DNA of 64,000 nt, from contig CAZTVF010000004.1 in NCBI GenBank assembly GCA_964616985.1, positions 1,128 to 65,127 of the forward strand. Reading direction: 5' to 3'. The stretch comes from an uncultured Planctomycetaceae bacterium (GTDB taxonomy: Bacteria > Planctomycetota > Phycisphaerae > SM23-33). Position 1 is the stretch's first letter. The number at the start of each line of letters is the position of its first letter. The notes below the pieces were generated by a model. The model had not been told where the DNA came from. It ran no database searches and worked only from the letters and a program-made list of their open reading frames with translations. This document shows, in pieces, positions 29,367 through 38,336 of this stretch. Made by a program: the position numbers and the translations under genes.

Positions 29367-31871
29367 TCAGGGCGGGATGATCTCGAAGGGGATCGCGGGC
29401 AACAGGCCGATGGGCTGGCGGCGTGGTGGGCCGGCCACGGGGGCCGGAGCGGTCGAGGCGGAGGGCGAGGTGGCGGCTGTCGTCGCGGCGGCGGGCGATG
29501 CCGAGGGCAGCGGCCTCTTGCGGGCTTGTTCGGCGGCCGAGGCCATCATGGCCGCTTGGAGGCTGTCGTCAAAGTCGATGTCGGACATCATGCCGTCCTG
29601 AATGCCCTCGGGGTTCATGTTCGGCATGGCCGGCAGATCGTCCGGGTTGAACCGCGGCCTTCGAGGCCTGGGGCTGCCGGAGGGCGAGGGCTCGGGCGCC
29701 GCCATCGCCGGGTCGGGCGGGATGACGGCGACGGCCGTCACCAGCAGCGTGCCCCTGTAGCCGGGCTTGATCTTGTTGGCGTCGCAGCAGAGGACCATCT
29801 CGGTGGCTGCGCCGGCGGGCGAAGCGGATTGCACGGTCACGCCGTCGGGCGGCTCGCGCAGTTCGAACTCGATGCGTTCCCCCGCTCCGCTGGCCGCCAC
29901 GGCGACCAGCACACCGGCCCTGCCGCCGGCGGGGATTTTCACGCAAGCATCCGCCGCCAGTCGCAGCGCAGCGCCCGGCGAATTGCCCGGCACAACAACG
30001 GCGAGTTCCTGCGAGGGCACCAGGTGCCGGTAGGCGAAGGCCTGCATCATGTCCTGCGCGGGCACGGCCGCCCGCGCGACCTCGCCGCCGCCGATGACCG
30101 CCCGACCCTGCACGCGCAAAACGAACGGCTCGGCCGGAGCCTTCGAGGGCGCCGTCAGCGTCAGCCGCACGCGGTCCTGCCCCGCCGGAAGCGTCCCGCC
30201 GCTCAAGGCGAATCCCGCCGGCGCGTCCTTCAGCGAGATCGCGATCTCACCGGCGAACCCATCCTTCCGCAGCGCCCACAAGGTGACGGGCACGTTCTCG
30301 TTGCCGCGGACGTTGATGCTGGAGGGCGTGACGCGAAGCTCGTAGTCCGGGCGCGGCGCGCTCAGCCGCAACCGGTACGCGTACTCGGGCCCGCCCTGCC
30401 GCTGAATATCGCCCACGTGCACGTAGTACGTCCCCGCCGCGGGCAGCTTGGCGCGGATGTACGAATCGGCGTGGTGCGTGTCCAGGCCCGCGGCCTTGTC
30501 TTCGTGATCGTCGTTGAGCGCGAGCTGGACACCGTTGGCGTCCGTCAGCATCAGCACCGAATCGAGCGGCGAGCCCAGCCGCCGCGCCGTCACCTCGGCC
30601 ACCACCTCGTCGCCCGATCGCGCCTCGAAGCGGTACACGTCCCATCGTGCGGGCGCGTCAATGCGGCCGTTGACGATCACCGGCAGCGTCACCGCCTGCG
30701 CGCGGGCGGGCGAGTCATTGCCCCCCGCCGCCAGCACCTCGGGCAGGTCGTCCACCGCGAAGGCGACGCGATTGCAGGGCCAGTCTTTCGCGGCCCCCGC
30801 CAGCGAATGCACGCCGACGGACAGGTCACGAGCGTCCTGCTTCACCTGTCGCGCGGGCAGGTTCCAGCCGGTCAGTTCCACCGTCGCCTGCGAGCCCGCC
30901 TTGCAGCCCAGCGGAAAGATGCCCGTGATGTACGGCAGTTCGCCGATGGTGATGCGGAAGACGAAGTCCTCGCGCCCGCGGTAGATCGAGTCGCGGATCT
31001 CCAGCGTGTATTCACCGTCGCGCGGGATGTCGCAGCACAGCACCGGGTCGGGGTGGTAGCGGAAGTGGTCGGCGTATTGCAGCTCGCGGCCGTTGGGGTC
31101 GTAGATGGCGATGGCGGCCTGGAACCAGCCCGGCACGGCGTCGGCAATGTAGGGGATGAGCTTGCGAACCTCGGCGGCGACGACGATCTTCTGGCCGCGG
31201 CGGGCGTCGAAGCGGAAACGCTCGACCGATTGGGGCTGAACCTGCCCGTTGACCACGGCGGGCAGCGTGAGCTTCATCGGCCCCGCGGCCGCGGGATCGG
31301 GCGGGGCCTCGACCACGTCGATCAGCCGCAACACCTCGACGCGGTCCGAGATCTTCGGCCATTCCTTGGCGAACTCCGTCAGCACGCCCACCTGGAAGAC
31401 GAGCGGGTTCGAGACGCCGCCGGGCGAGAGCAGGCGCAGCTCGCGCGGGCCTGCGGCGGCGCCGGGGGCGATCGTCACCTCCAGCGTGACCGATTCGGAC
31501 AGGCCGGGATTGGACGGCTTGCGGGCCGCGAGCCTTTTGCGGATCGCCGCGATCTCATCGACCACGTCGGCCGTCTGGTTCACCCGCTGCAGCGAGGCCA
31601 GCGTCGACTGCAGCGCCGCCGTCTGTTTTCGCGTCAGCGGCTTGGTGTGTTCGACCACCTTGGCGGTGATGCCCTCGCCGGTGAAGCGAGCGCCGGTGAC
31701 GCCGTCGAAGTATTGCCCGCCGACGACGGCCATGAACGTATGTCCGCGCGCCCCGCCGGCCGGGCACACGTAGCCCGTCTGTGGCGCCTGCGGCTGCGCC
31801 GAAGCGACCCGGACGATCGCAAGGATCATCGCCGCAGCCAGCGGCCAGCTTGTGCGGTGCGAGCGGCGCAT
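29367..31871 (-). CDS. Large secreted protein with two pre-peptidase C-terminal (PPC)-like domains and a Pro/Ala-rich C-terminal tail
   Basis: A signal peptide (WPLAAAMILAIVRVASAQP) is present. PPC-like segments end …YDPNGREL…GEYTLEIRD… and …LTDANGVQL…AGTYYVHVGD…. Confidence 0.55.
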   Translation of the reverse strand: MRRSHRTSWPLAAAMILAIVRVASAQPQAPQTGYVCPAGGARGHTFMAVVGGQYFDGVTGARFTGEGITAKVVEHTKPLTRKQTAALQSTLASLQRVNQTADVVDEIAAIRKRLAARKPSNPGLSESVTLEVTIAPGAAAGPRELRLLSPGGVSNPLVFQVGVLTEFAKEWPKISDRVEVLRLIDVVEAPPDPAAAGPMKLTLPAVVNGQVQPQSVERFRFDARRGQKIVVAAEVRKLIPYIADAVPGWFQAAIAIYDPNGRELQYADHFRYHPDPVLCCDIPRDGEYTLEIRDSIYRGREDFVFRITIGELPYITGIFPLGCKAGSQATVELTGWNLPARQVKQDARDLSVGVHSLAGAAKDWPCNRVAFAVDDLPEVLAAGGNDSPARAQAVTLPVIVNGRIDAPARWDVYRFEARSGDEVVAEVTARRLGSPLDSVLMLTDANGVQLALNDDHEDKAAGLDTHHADSYIRAKLPAAGTYYVHVGDIQRQGGPEYAYRLRLSAPRPDYELRVTPSSINVRGNENVPVTLWALRKDGFAGEIAISLKDAPAGFALSGGTLPAGQDRVRLTLTAPSKAPAEPFVLRVQGRAVIGGGEVARAAVPAQDMMQAFAYRHLVPSQELAVVVPGNSPGAALRLAADACVKIPAGGRAGVLVAVAASGAGERIEFELREPPDGVTVQSASPAGAATEMVLCCDANKIKPGYRGTLLVTAVAVIPPDPAMAAPEPSPSGSPRPRRPRFNPDDLPAMPNMNPEGIQDGMMSDIDFDDSLQAAMMASAAEQARKRPLPSASPAAATTAATSPSASTAPAPVAGPPRRQPIGLLPAIPFEIIPP

Positions 31872-31873
31872 GT

Positions 31874-33241
31874 TTACATGATTTCCTTCAGCAGGCCGCC
31901 GGTCGGCTGGCCGTCCTCGGCCGAGGGCGTCGCGGCGACGACCATCTCCTGCGGGTGCGGCAGGCGGGCGTTGGGGTCGATGCCGAGCAACTCGTACACG
32001 CTGCCGATGAGGTCGCACGGATACACCGGCCGCTCCTTCACCGTCTCACCCCTGGCGTCGGAAGAGCCCACGACGTGGCCGCCCTTGAAGCCGCCGCCGG
32101 CGACCAGGGCCGAGAACACGCTGCCAAAGTGCCCGCGCCCGCCGTTCCATGGCGCTTCCCACTGGACCTTGGGCGTGCGCCCGAACTCGCCGCTGCACCA
32201 GACGATCGTGCTGTCCAGCAGCCCCGCCGCCGACAGGTCCTCCAGCAGCGACGCCACGCCCTTGTCCAGCTGCGGCAGCATGCGGCGCATCGCCTGGAAG
32301 TGTTCCTTGTGCGTATCCCACCCGTTGGAGTTGATGGTGATGTACGGCACGCCGCGCTCCACCAGCCGGCGAGCGACGAGGCAGGACTGCCCGAAGGTGT
32401 TGCGGCCGTAACGCTCGCGGACCTCGTCGGTCTCCTGCGTGAGGTCGAAGACCTTGCCCGCGTCGCCGAGGATGAGGTCGTAGGCTTCATTCTGCGCCGC
32501 CTGGGCCGCGGCGATCTGCGGATCGACCTCGCCGACCGCGTTGCCCAGCGTGTTGAGCTGGCCCAGCAGTTCGCGGCGGTCGTGCTGCCGCTTGTCGCTG
32601 ATGCCGGGGGCCACGATGCCCTCGACGTTGAAGCGGGCCGCGCCCGGGTCGCCGCCGGTGGCGTAGGGTTTGTATCGCGAGGGCAGGAAGCCCGACTCGC
32701 TGAACCGCCCCTGCGGCTGGGTGAGCACGATGTACGGCGGCAGCAGGCCCTTGTAGCCCGCGTCGGCGCCCTTGAACAGCGACACGACCGACCCCACCGT
32801 CGGGTGCACCACGCGGCCGCCGGAGGCCCAGCCCGTCTGCACCATGTAGGCGGCGGTCTCGTGGCCGTTGTTGCCGTGGGTCATGCTGCGGATGAGCGAG
32901 TACTTGTCGGCGTGCTTGGCCAGCTGCGGCAACAGTTCACAGATGCGGATGCCATCGACATTGGTGGCCAGCGGGCTCTTGAGCGGGCCGCAGTAGTCGT
33001 AGCCCGCCTCGGGCTTGGGGTCGAAGGTTTCCAGGTGCGACGGTCCGCCCCACAGCCAGATCTGGATCACCGCCTTGGCCCTGGCGGCTGGAAGCGTGGT
33101 CGCCTGCGGCGACGCCATGGCCCACCGGGCCAGGCCGCTGCCCAGGAACAGCCCCGCCGCACCGGCGATGCCGGTCCGCAGCACCTGCCGCCGCGTGAGG
33201 GGGCGATGGAACAGGTTGTGCATCAGATTTTCGTCGCTCAT
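31874..33241 (-). CDS. DUF1501 family protein (sulfatase-like fold) with a Tat signal
   Basis: A Tat motif RRQVLRTG is followed by IWLWGGPSHLETFDPKP, which is typical of DUF1501. Confidence 0.85.
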   Translation of the reverse strand: MSDENLMHNLFHRPLTRRQVLRTGIAGAAGLFLGSGLARWAMASPQATTLPAARAKAVIQIWLWGGPSHLETFDPKPEAGYDYCGPLKSPLATNVDGIRICELLPQLAKHADKYSLIRSMTHGNNGHETAAYMVQTGWASGGRVVHPTVGSVVSLFKGADAGYKGLLPPYIVLTQPQGRFSESGFLPSRYKPYATGGDPGAARFNVEGIVAPGISDKRQHDRRELLGQLNTLGNAVGEVDPQIAAAQAAQNEAYDLILGDAGKVFDLTQETDEVRERYGRNTFGQSCLVARRLVERGVPYITINSNGWDTHKEHFQAMRRMLPQLDKGVASLLEDLSAAGLLDSTIVWCSGEFGRTPKVQWEAPWNGGRGHFGSVFSALVAGGGFKGGHVVGSSDARGETVKERPVYPCDLIGSVYELLGIDPNARLPHPQEMVVAATPSAEDGQPTGGLLKEIM

Positions 33242-33330
33242 GTGTCTATCCTGCTTTGTTTGTGCAAGCTTTCCAGTATTCCTTCAGTCCGAATCTTTGG
33301 CGGCTCACCTCATCCGCCAATTCAGCAGCA

Positions 33331-34902
33331 CTAGTGTCTGTACAGAAACTCCACGCTGTTGATCAGCGCCCACGTGAGATCGATGGCGGCCTCGCGCTCG
33401 CCGACCTTGTTGGTCTTGGCGTAGGCCTCGACGGTCTTCAACTCCTCGTCGGTCGGGTAGCGCGACAGGATCGTCAGGTACAGCGACGTCGCCAGCTCCG
33501 TGGGGTTTCGCTTCGCGGCGAACAGGGCCTGCAGCTTGGGGCCCTTCTCGATCTTGTTCTGTATGTGCGTCGAATTCAGCAGGTGCAGCCGCTGCCCGCC
33601 CGAGGGGCGGTTGTTCCGCTCGGCCTCCAGCCCCGTGTCGCGCGAGGGGCGGCCGAAAAGCTCCAGGAACGAACTGCCGATGCTGCCGTCGGGCAGCGCG
33701 ATGGACCGCATGGCCGGCGGGATGTAGGTGAAGGGCTCGGGGATCGGGCTGAAATACGTCTCGGTCGTACCGGTGATCTGGCACAGGGCGTCGATGAGCA
33801 CCTCGGCCTCCAGGCGGCGAAGCGGATAGCGGCAGAAGTTGGCTGCCCCCTGCGGGTCGTTCGCCTCGGCCAGGGATGAAAGCTGGTACGCCTGCGAGGT
33901 GAGGATCAGGCGGTAGACGTGCTTGAGGTCGTAGTGCGAGGCGATCAGCTCGCGCTGGAGGTAGTCGAGCAGTTCGGGGTTCGAGGGCGGGTTGTCGGGG
34001 CGGATGTCATCGGGCTCGTGGATGATGCCGCGGCCCAGCAGCCAGCTCCACACCCGGTTGACGATATTGCGGGCGAAGTACGGGTTGTTGGGCTCGATCA
34101 GCCAGTCAGCGAAGACCTCGCGCGGGTCGCTGTTGGCGTCGGCCTTGACGGCTGTGCCGTCGGGGAAAGTCGCCGACCGCCACGCGGGCCCGCCCGGCTG
34201 CGTGCTGGCCTTGGCGACGTTGAAGAAGACGATCTCTTCCTTCCACTCGGCCGTGGGCTTGTAGCCCACCAGCGCGAAGAAGCTCGCCATGGCCGCCCGC
34301 CGCTCCTTGGGCCAGTTCTCGGCCCGCATGCCCATGAAGTTCAGGGCGACGGTCTGGGCGATGCCCTCGGGCGTGCGGTTCTGCATCGCGCGGTAGAAGT
34401 TCACGGGCGGCACGCGGAAGTTGCCGCCGCTGGAGGTGAGCAGCTCGCGGACGAAGCGGTCGTAGGGCTTGCCCTGGCGGATCGAGTCGCGGATCCACCG
34501 GTGGTACGCCTGCGCGGCGTTGGGCCACAGGTTGACCGGGAACTCGGCCTTGATTCGCAGCAGGTCGGACCATTTCATCGCCCAGTAGTCGGCAAATTCT
34601 TCGCGTCCCAGTAGGCGGTCGATGAGGGCGACGCGCTTGTTGGGGTCGGGGCTCTGGATGAAGTCGTTCGCCTCAGCCTCCGTCGGCAGCGTGCCGATGA
34701 CATCCAGGAACGCGCGGCGGAGAAAGACGGAGTCGGTGCATATCTTCGCCGGCGCGATCTTCCGCTGCGCCAGCCGGTCGAGCACGAGCTTGTCGATGGT
34801 CCCCTGCGGAGCGGGCGCGTCGTTGCTATCGAACGGGTTGGTCGCGGCCTGCGCCGCTGCCGCCGCCATCACGGCCACCATCATCAAGGCTATCCGCATC
34901 AT
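33331..34902 (-). CDS. DUF1549/DUF1553 (PSD1-like) protein, the partner of DUF1501
   Basis: A signal peptide and the typical DUF1549 N-terminal and DUF1553 C-terminal blocks are present. It lies immediately upstream of DUF1501. Confidence 0.8.
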   Translation of the reverse strand: MMRIALMMVAVMAAAAAQAATNPFDSNDAPAPQGTIDKLVLDRLAQRKIAPAKICTDSVFLRRAFLDVIGTLPTEAEANDFIQSPDPNKRVALIDRLLGREEFADYWAMKWSDLLRIKAEFPVNLWPNAAQAYHRWIRDSIRQGKPYDRFVRELLTSSGGNFRVPPVNFYRAMQNRTPEGIAQTVALNFMGMRAENWPKERRAAMASFFALVGYKPTAEWKEEIVFFNVAKASTQPGGPAWRSATFPDGTAVKADANSDPREVFADWLIEPNNPYFARNIVNRVWSWLLGRGIIHEPDDIRPDNPPSNPELLDYLQRELIASHYDLKHVYRLILTSQAYQLSSLAEANDPQGAANFCRYPLRRLEAEVLIDALCQITGTTETYFSPIPEPFTYIPPAMRSIALPDGSIGSSFLELFGRPSRDTGLEAERNNRPSGGQRLHLLNSTHIQNKIEKGPKLQALFAAKRNPTELATSLYLTILSRYPTDEELKTVEAYAKTNKVGEREAAIDLTWALINSVEFLYRH

Positions 34903-35070
34903 CGAAGTGTTCCCAGCCGTCGGGCGTCCAAGAGCCTTTCCTATGATAGCTCCCGCGATCGCCGCCTGATACTTCAAACCCCCTCCCCCTCCGCAGTTCC
35001 GGGCCGGCCGGGTGCCATGCTTTTAGACCCGAAGGGTCAAAAGCATGTTTACAGCTTTGGGCCATCAATC

Positions 35071-35547
35071 TCACTCCGCGAGAGCGAAACTGCCCCTGTT
35101 GCCGTTGAAGAACTTGATGAGGTAATCGGCGTGCTGTTGCAGATCGCTGCGGATTTGCACGCCGGCGGGGCCGGCGGTGCGGTCGTGCAGCCAGTAGCGG
35201 CGACGGTACTCGAACTTGGGTTCCTTGAGCCTGTCGCCGGAATCGTTAAGCTTCCAGTAGCTCGTCTCGATCACGAGTTGCACCTTGCCGCGGCTGAAGT
35301 AGAACTCCCGGTCAATGTATCGCTGGCTGGTCTCGATGGCCCAGGTCATCTTGCGGATCTCTTTGCCAAGCGTCCACACCTTGAGCCACGTCCCGCCGCA
35401 GGATGGCTCGTCGGTGGCCCCCTCGACAACGCGCATCTCTGATATCTGCCGCGCGTGGTCAGTTTCGAGCCTGCTCTGGCCGCTCAACGCGACGCCGGTG
35501 CACACAAAGAGTAGTGCGATTGACGCTGCACCTGCGATGGTCTTCAT
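35071..35547 (-). CDS. Hypothetical secreted protein
   Basis: The ORF has a signal-peptide-like N-terminus (MKTIAGAASIALLFVC). No family was recognised. Confidence 0.4.
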   Translation of the reverse strand: MKTIAGAASIALLFVCTGVALSGQSRLETDHARQISEMRVVEGATDEPSCGGTWLKVWTLGKEIRKMTWAIETSQRYIDREFYFSRGKVQLVIETSYWKLNDSGDRLKEPKFEYRRRYWLHDRTAGPAGVQIRSDLQQHADYLIKFFNGNRGSFALAE

Positions 35548-35724
35548 ACCCGCCTTCACTTCCATGGCAAAGCTGCACGCTATAGCCGGATGAATTATCG
35601 ACAATCGTCAATCGTCCGCAACAGGCAATGACGTCGCGCGTGGAGTGCGGCCGCCAGCGCGCACCTTTTCGCTGGCAGGCGCGCGGGCGGGCTATTAGAG
35701 TTTCGTCGCGGAAGGAATCCAACC

Positions 35725-37041
35725 ATGAGAACGTATCGCGAACCAGCCAGGGACCTGCCCGTGCGGGGGGAGTATGACGTGGTCGTCGCCGGGGGCGGGG
35801 CGGCGGGCTTTGTGGCGGCGGTGGCGGCGGCCAGGGCGGGTGCCCGGACGCTGCTCATCGAGCGGTACGGGTTCCTGGGAGGCACGGCCACCGCGGCGAT
35901 GATGGTGGAGTTCGGCAGCATCCACGACGGCGGGCGGGTGATCGTCGGCGGGATCCCGCACGAGTTCATGCACCGCCTCGCGCAGCACAACGGGGCCGTC
36001 ATCCACGACCCGGCGCACAACATGATCTTCGACCCCGAGAGCATGATCGCCGTCTGCCAGCAGATGGCCGTCGAGGCGGGCGTCGAACTGCTGCTCCACG
36101 CGTGGGTCGCGGTGCCGGTGATGCAGGCCAGCGGCGTGCGCGGCGTGGTCATCGAGAGCAAGTCGGGCCGCCAGGCCGTTGAGGCCCAAGTCGTCATCGA
36201 CTGCACCGGCGACGGCGACGTGGCCGCAGCCGCCGGGGCCGCCTACAACATCGGCCGCGACGGCGACCGCGCCCTTCAGCCGGTGACGCTGGAGGTGCTG
36301 GTCGGCAATGTGGACACGCGCCAGGTGCCGCCGTGGACGGGCTTCAAGGACCTGATCGCCGAGGCGGCGGCCGCCGGCGAGTGGACCATCCCCACCGAAC
36401 GCTTCTTCTCCTGGGGCCGCGTGATCAAGCGCGGCGCGCCCGACGACGCGGCCCGCGGCTTCTACTTCCTCAACGTCACCAACTGCCTCGGCATCGACGG
36501 CACGGACGTGGCCGCCCTGACGCGGGCGGAGATCCAGACGCGGTCGCAGTTGGACTCATTGATCGCCTTCCTGCGGAAGTACATGCCCGGTTTCGCCCAC
36601 TGCTACCTCGACCGCACGGCCGCCCAGGTGGGCGTGCGCGAGACGCGGCGGATCGCCGGCGATTACACCCTGACGCGGCAGGACGTGCTGGACTCCTGCC
36701 ACTTCGACGACGGGGTCGTACCCGCGTGCAACTCCATCGACGTACACGAGGTCAAGGGCAAGGACTTCGCCCACGAGTATCTCCGCCGGGGCACGCACTA
36801 CCAGATCCCCTACCGCTGCTTCCTGCCGCGGGGGCTGGGCGGCATCCTGGTGGCCGGCCGATGCCTCTCGGCCGACTGGCGGGCACTGGGCTCGGCCCGC
36901 GTCATGGTCGTGTGCATGCCGATGGGCGAGGCCGTGGGCCTTGCCGCCGCCCAAGCCTGCCGCGACCGCCGCCCGCCGCGCGAGATCGACGTATCCCGCC
37001 TTCGCGACCAGCTCCGCGCGGGCGGCACGGTGTTGGATTGA
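35725..37041 (+). CDS. FAD-dependent oxidoreductase (FAD_oxidored-type)
   Basis: A dinucleotide-binding motif DVVVAGGGAAGFVAA is present with CTGDGD and HVAD-like elements. Confidence 0.8.
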   Translation: MRTYREPARDLPVRGEYDVVVAGGGAAGFVAAVAAARAGARTLLIERYGFLGGTATAAMMVEFGSIHDGGRVIVGGIPHEFMHRLAQHNGAVIHDPAHNMIFDPESMIAVCQQMAVEAGVELLLHAWVAVPVMQASGVRGVVIESKSGRQAVEAQVVIDCTGDGDVAAAAGAAYNIGRDGDRALQPVTLEVLVGNVDTRQVPPWTGFKDLIAEAAAAGEWTIPTERFFSWGRVIKRGAPDDAARGFYFLNVTNCLGIDGTDVAALTRAEIQTRSQLDSLIAFLRKYMPGFAHCYLDRTAAQVGVRETRRIAGDYTLTRQDVLDSCHFDDGVVPACNSIDVHEVKGKDFAHEYLRRGTHYQIPYRCFLPRGLGGILVAGRCLSADWRALGSARVMVVCMPMGEAVGLAAAQACRDRRPPREIDVSRLRDQLRAGGTVLD

Positions 37042-38196
37042 ATGAGCGACGATATCAATAAGGGAATAGACATGTCACAACCCCTCAGCCTCAGCGATCG
37101 CGTCATGGGCGGCATCATCGGCAGCGCGGTGGGCGATGCGCTGGGCGCGCCTTGCGAATGCCTGCACTACCGCCACATCCTCAAGATCTATGGCGACTTC
37201 AAGGGCTTCGACGACCTGATCGCCGTCAAGGCGGGCTGGGGGTGGGTGCCGCTGGGCACGATCACCGATGACACGGTGCTGGCCGACCTGCTGATGGACT
37301 GCATCCTGGCCAACGACGGCGTCCTCGACGCGCACTTGTTCGCCAAAGAGTGGGAGGCGTTCGAGACGCCCATCCCCAACCCCGGCGGCGAGCCCGTCGT
37401 CCGCCTCACCCGCATGCACTACATCGAGAAGATCCCGTACTATCGCAACAAGCTCCGCGAGATCAACAAGCGCGAGCTCGGCCACGGCGAGGCCAACGCC
37501 ACCAACGCCATCATGTACATCGGCCCCGTCGGCCTGCTCTGCGCGGGCGACCCGAACAAGGCCGCCGTCATGGCCGCCGACGTGAGCGCCGTCAACCAGC
37601 ATGGCCGCCCGCGCGACGCCGCCGCCGGCTACGCCGCCGCCCTGGCCGAGTGCTTCGTGCCGGGCGCCACCGTCGACAGCGTCATCGAGGCGGGCGTGGC
37701 CTACACGCGCGACTGCTTCCACACGCGCGAGATGAACGCCATGCTCGACCTCGCCCGCAAGTGCAACGATTGCGACGAGTTCATCCGCCGCTACTACGAG
37801 GAGATCATCGGCACCTACATCCCCTTCCAGGACGCCGAGAGCCTCGACAAGCGCCACTGGAAGCACCCGGACGAGCCGATGTGCGTGAGCTGGAACTCGG
37901 CCGAGATCCTGGGGCCCACGCTGGCAACGTTCCTCATCACGCGCGGCCAGGATGCCCGGGCGATGATGCTCGCCTGCGCCAAGATCGGACGCGACGCCGA
38001 CACCATCTGCCGCTGCGCCGGCGGGCTGATCGGCACCTGGCTGGGCCTCCAGTGCATCCCCGCCGATTGGCAGGCGCTGGTCCTGAAGCACAATGCCTGG
38101 CTGCGGCTGAAGGAGAAGGGCCATGCGCTCGTGGACATCATCCGCCGCCGCGCCCAGACGCTCGGCGCCCAACTGACACAACTCGGCGCGAGCTGA
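37042..38196 (+). CDS. ADP-ribosylglycohydrolase family protein
   Basis: The N-terminal VMGGIIGSAVGDALGAPCE signature is present. The start ATG abuts the previous stop (TGAATG). Confidence 0.8.
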   Translation: MSDDINKGIDMSQPLSLSDRVMGGIIGSAVGDALGAPCECLHYRHILKIYGDFKGFDDLIAVKAGWGWVPLGTITDDTVLADLLMDCILANDGVLDAHLFAKEWEAFETPIPNPGGEPVVRLTRMHYIEKIPYYRNKLREINKRELGHGEANATNAIMYIGPVGLLCAGDPNKAAVMAADVSAVNQHGRPRDAAAGYAAALAECFVPGATVDSVIEAGVAYTRDCFHTREMNAMLDLARKCNDCDEFIRRYYEEIIGTYIPFQDAESLDKRHWKHPDEPMCVSWNSAEILGPTLATFLITRGQDARAMMLACAKIGRDADTICRCAGGLIGTWLGLQCIPADWQALVLKHNAWLRLKEKGHALVDIIRRRAQTLGAQLTQLGAS

Positions 38197-38222
38197 TTGG
38201 GCACGAGGCATGGGCAGGCGCC

Positions 38223-38309
38223 GGTGCCATGCCGAAGCGTACCCGCGCCGGCATGCTCGCGCGGGCATGCCGGCGCGTCGCAGACAACGCGACACTTCGG
38301 CATGGCACC
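38223..38309. repeat. Palindromic repeat family B, short copy, in a convergent intergenic region
   Basis: The sequence ggtgccatgccgaagcgtacccgcgccggcatgctcgcgcgggcatgccggcgcgtcgcagacaacgcgacacttcggcatggcacc has the same arms as the long copy. Confidence 0.7.
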
Positions 38310-38336
38310 GGATTGGGCCGGATTGGCCCCCCTCTC

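Noticed and set aside
29181-32411. A 1076-aa plus-strand ORF
   Set aside because: Its Arg/Gly-rich composition is characteristic of antisense frames. The opposite strand encodes a signal-peptide protein with PPC-like domains and a DUF1501 gene.
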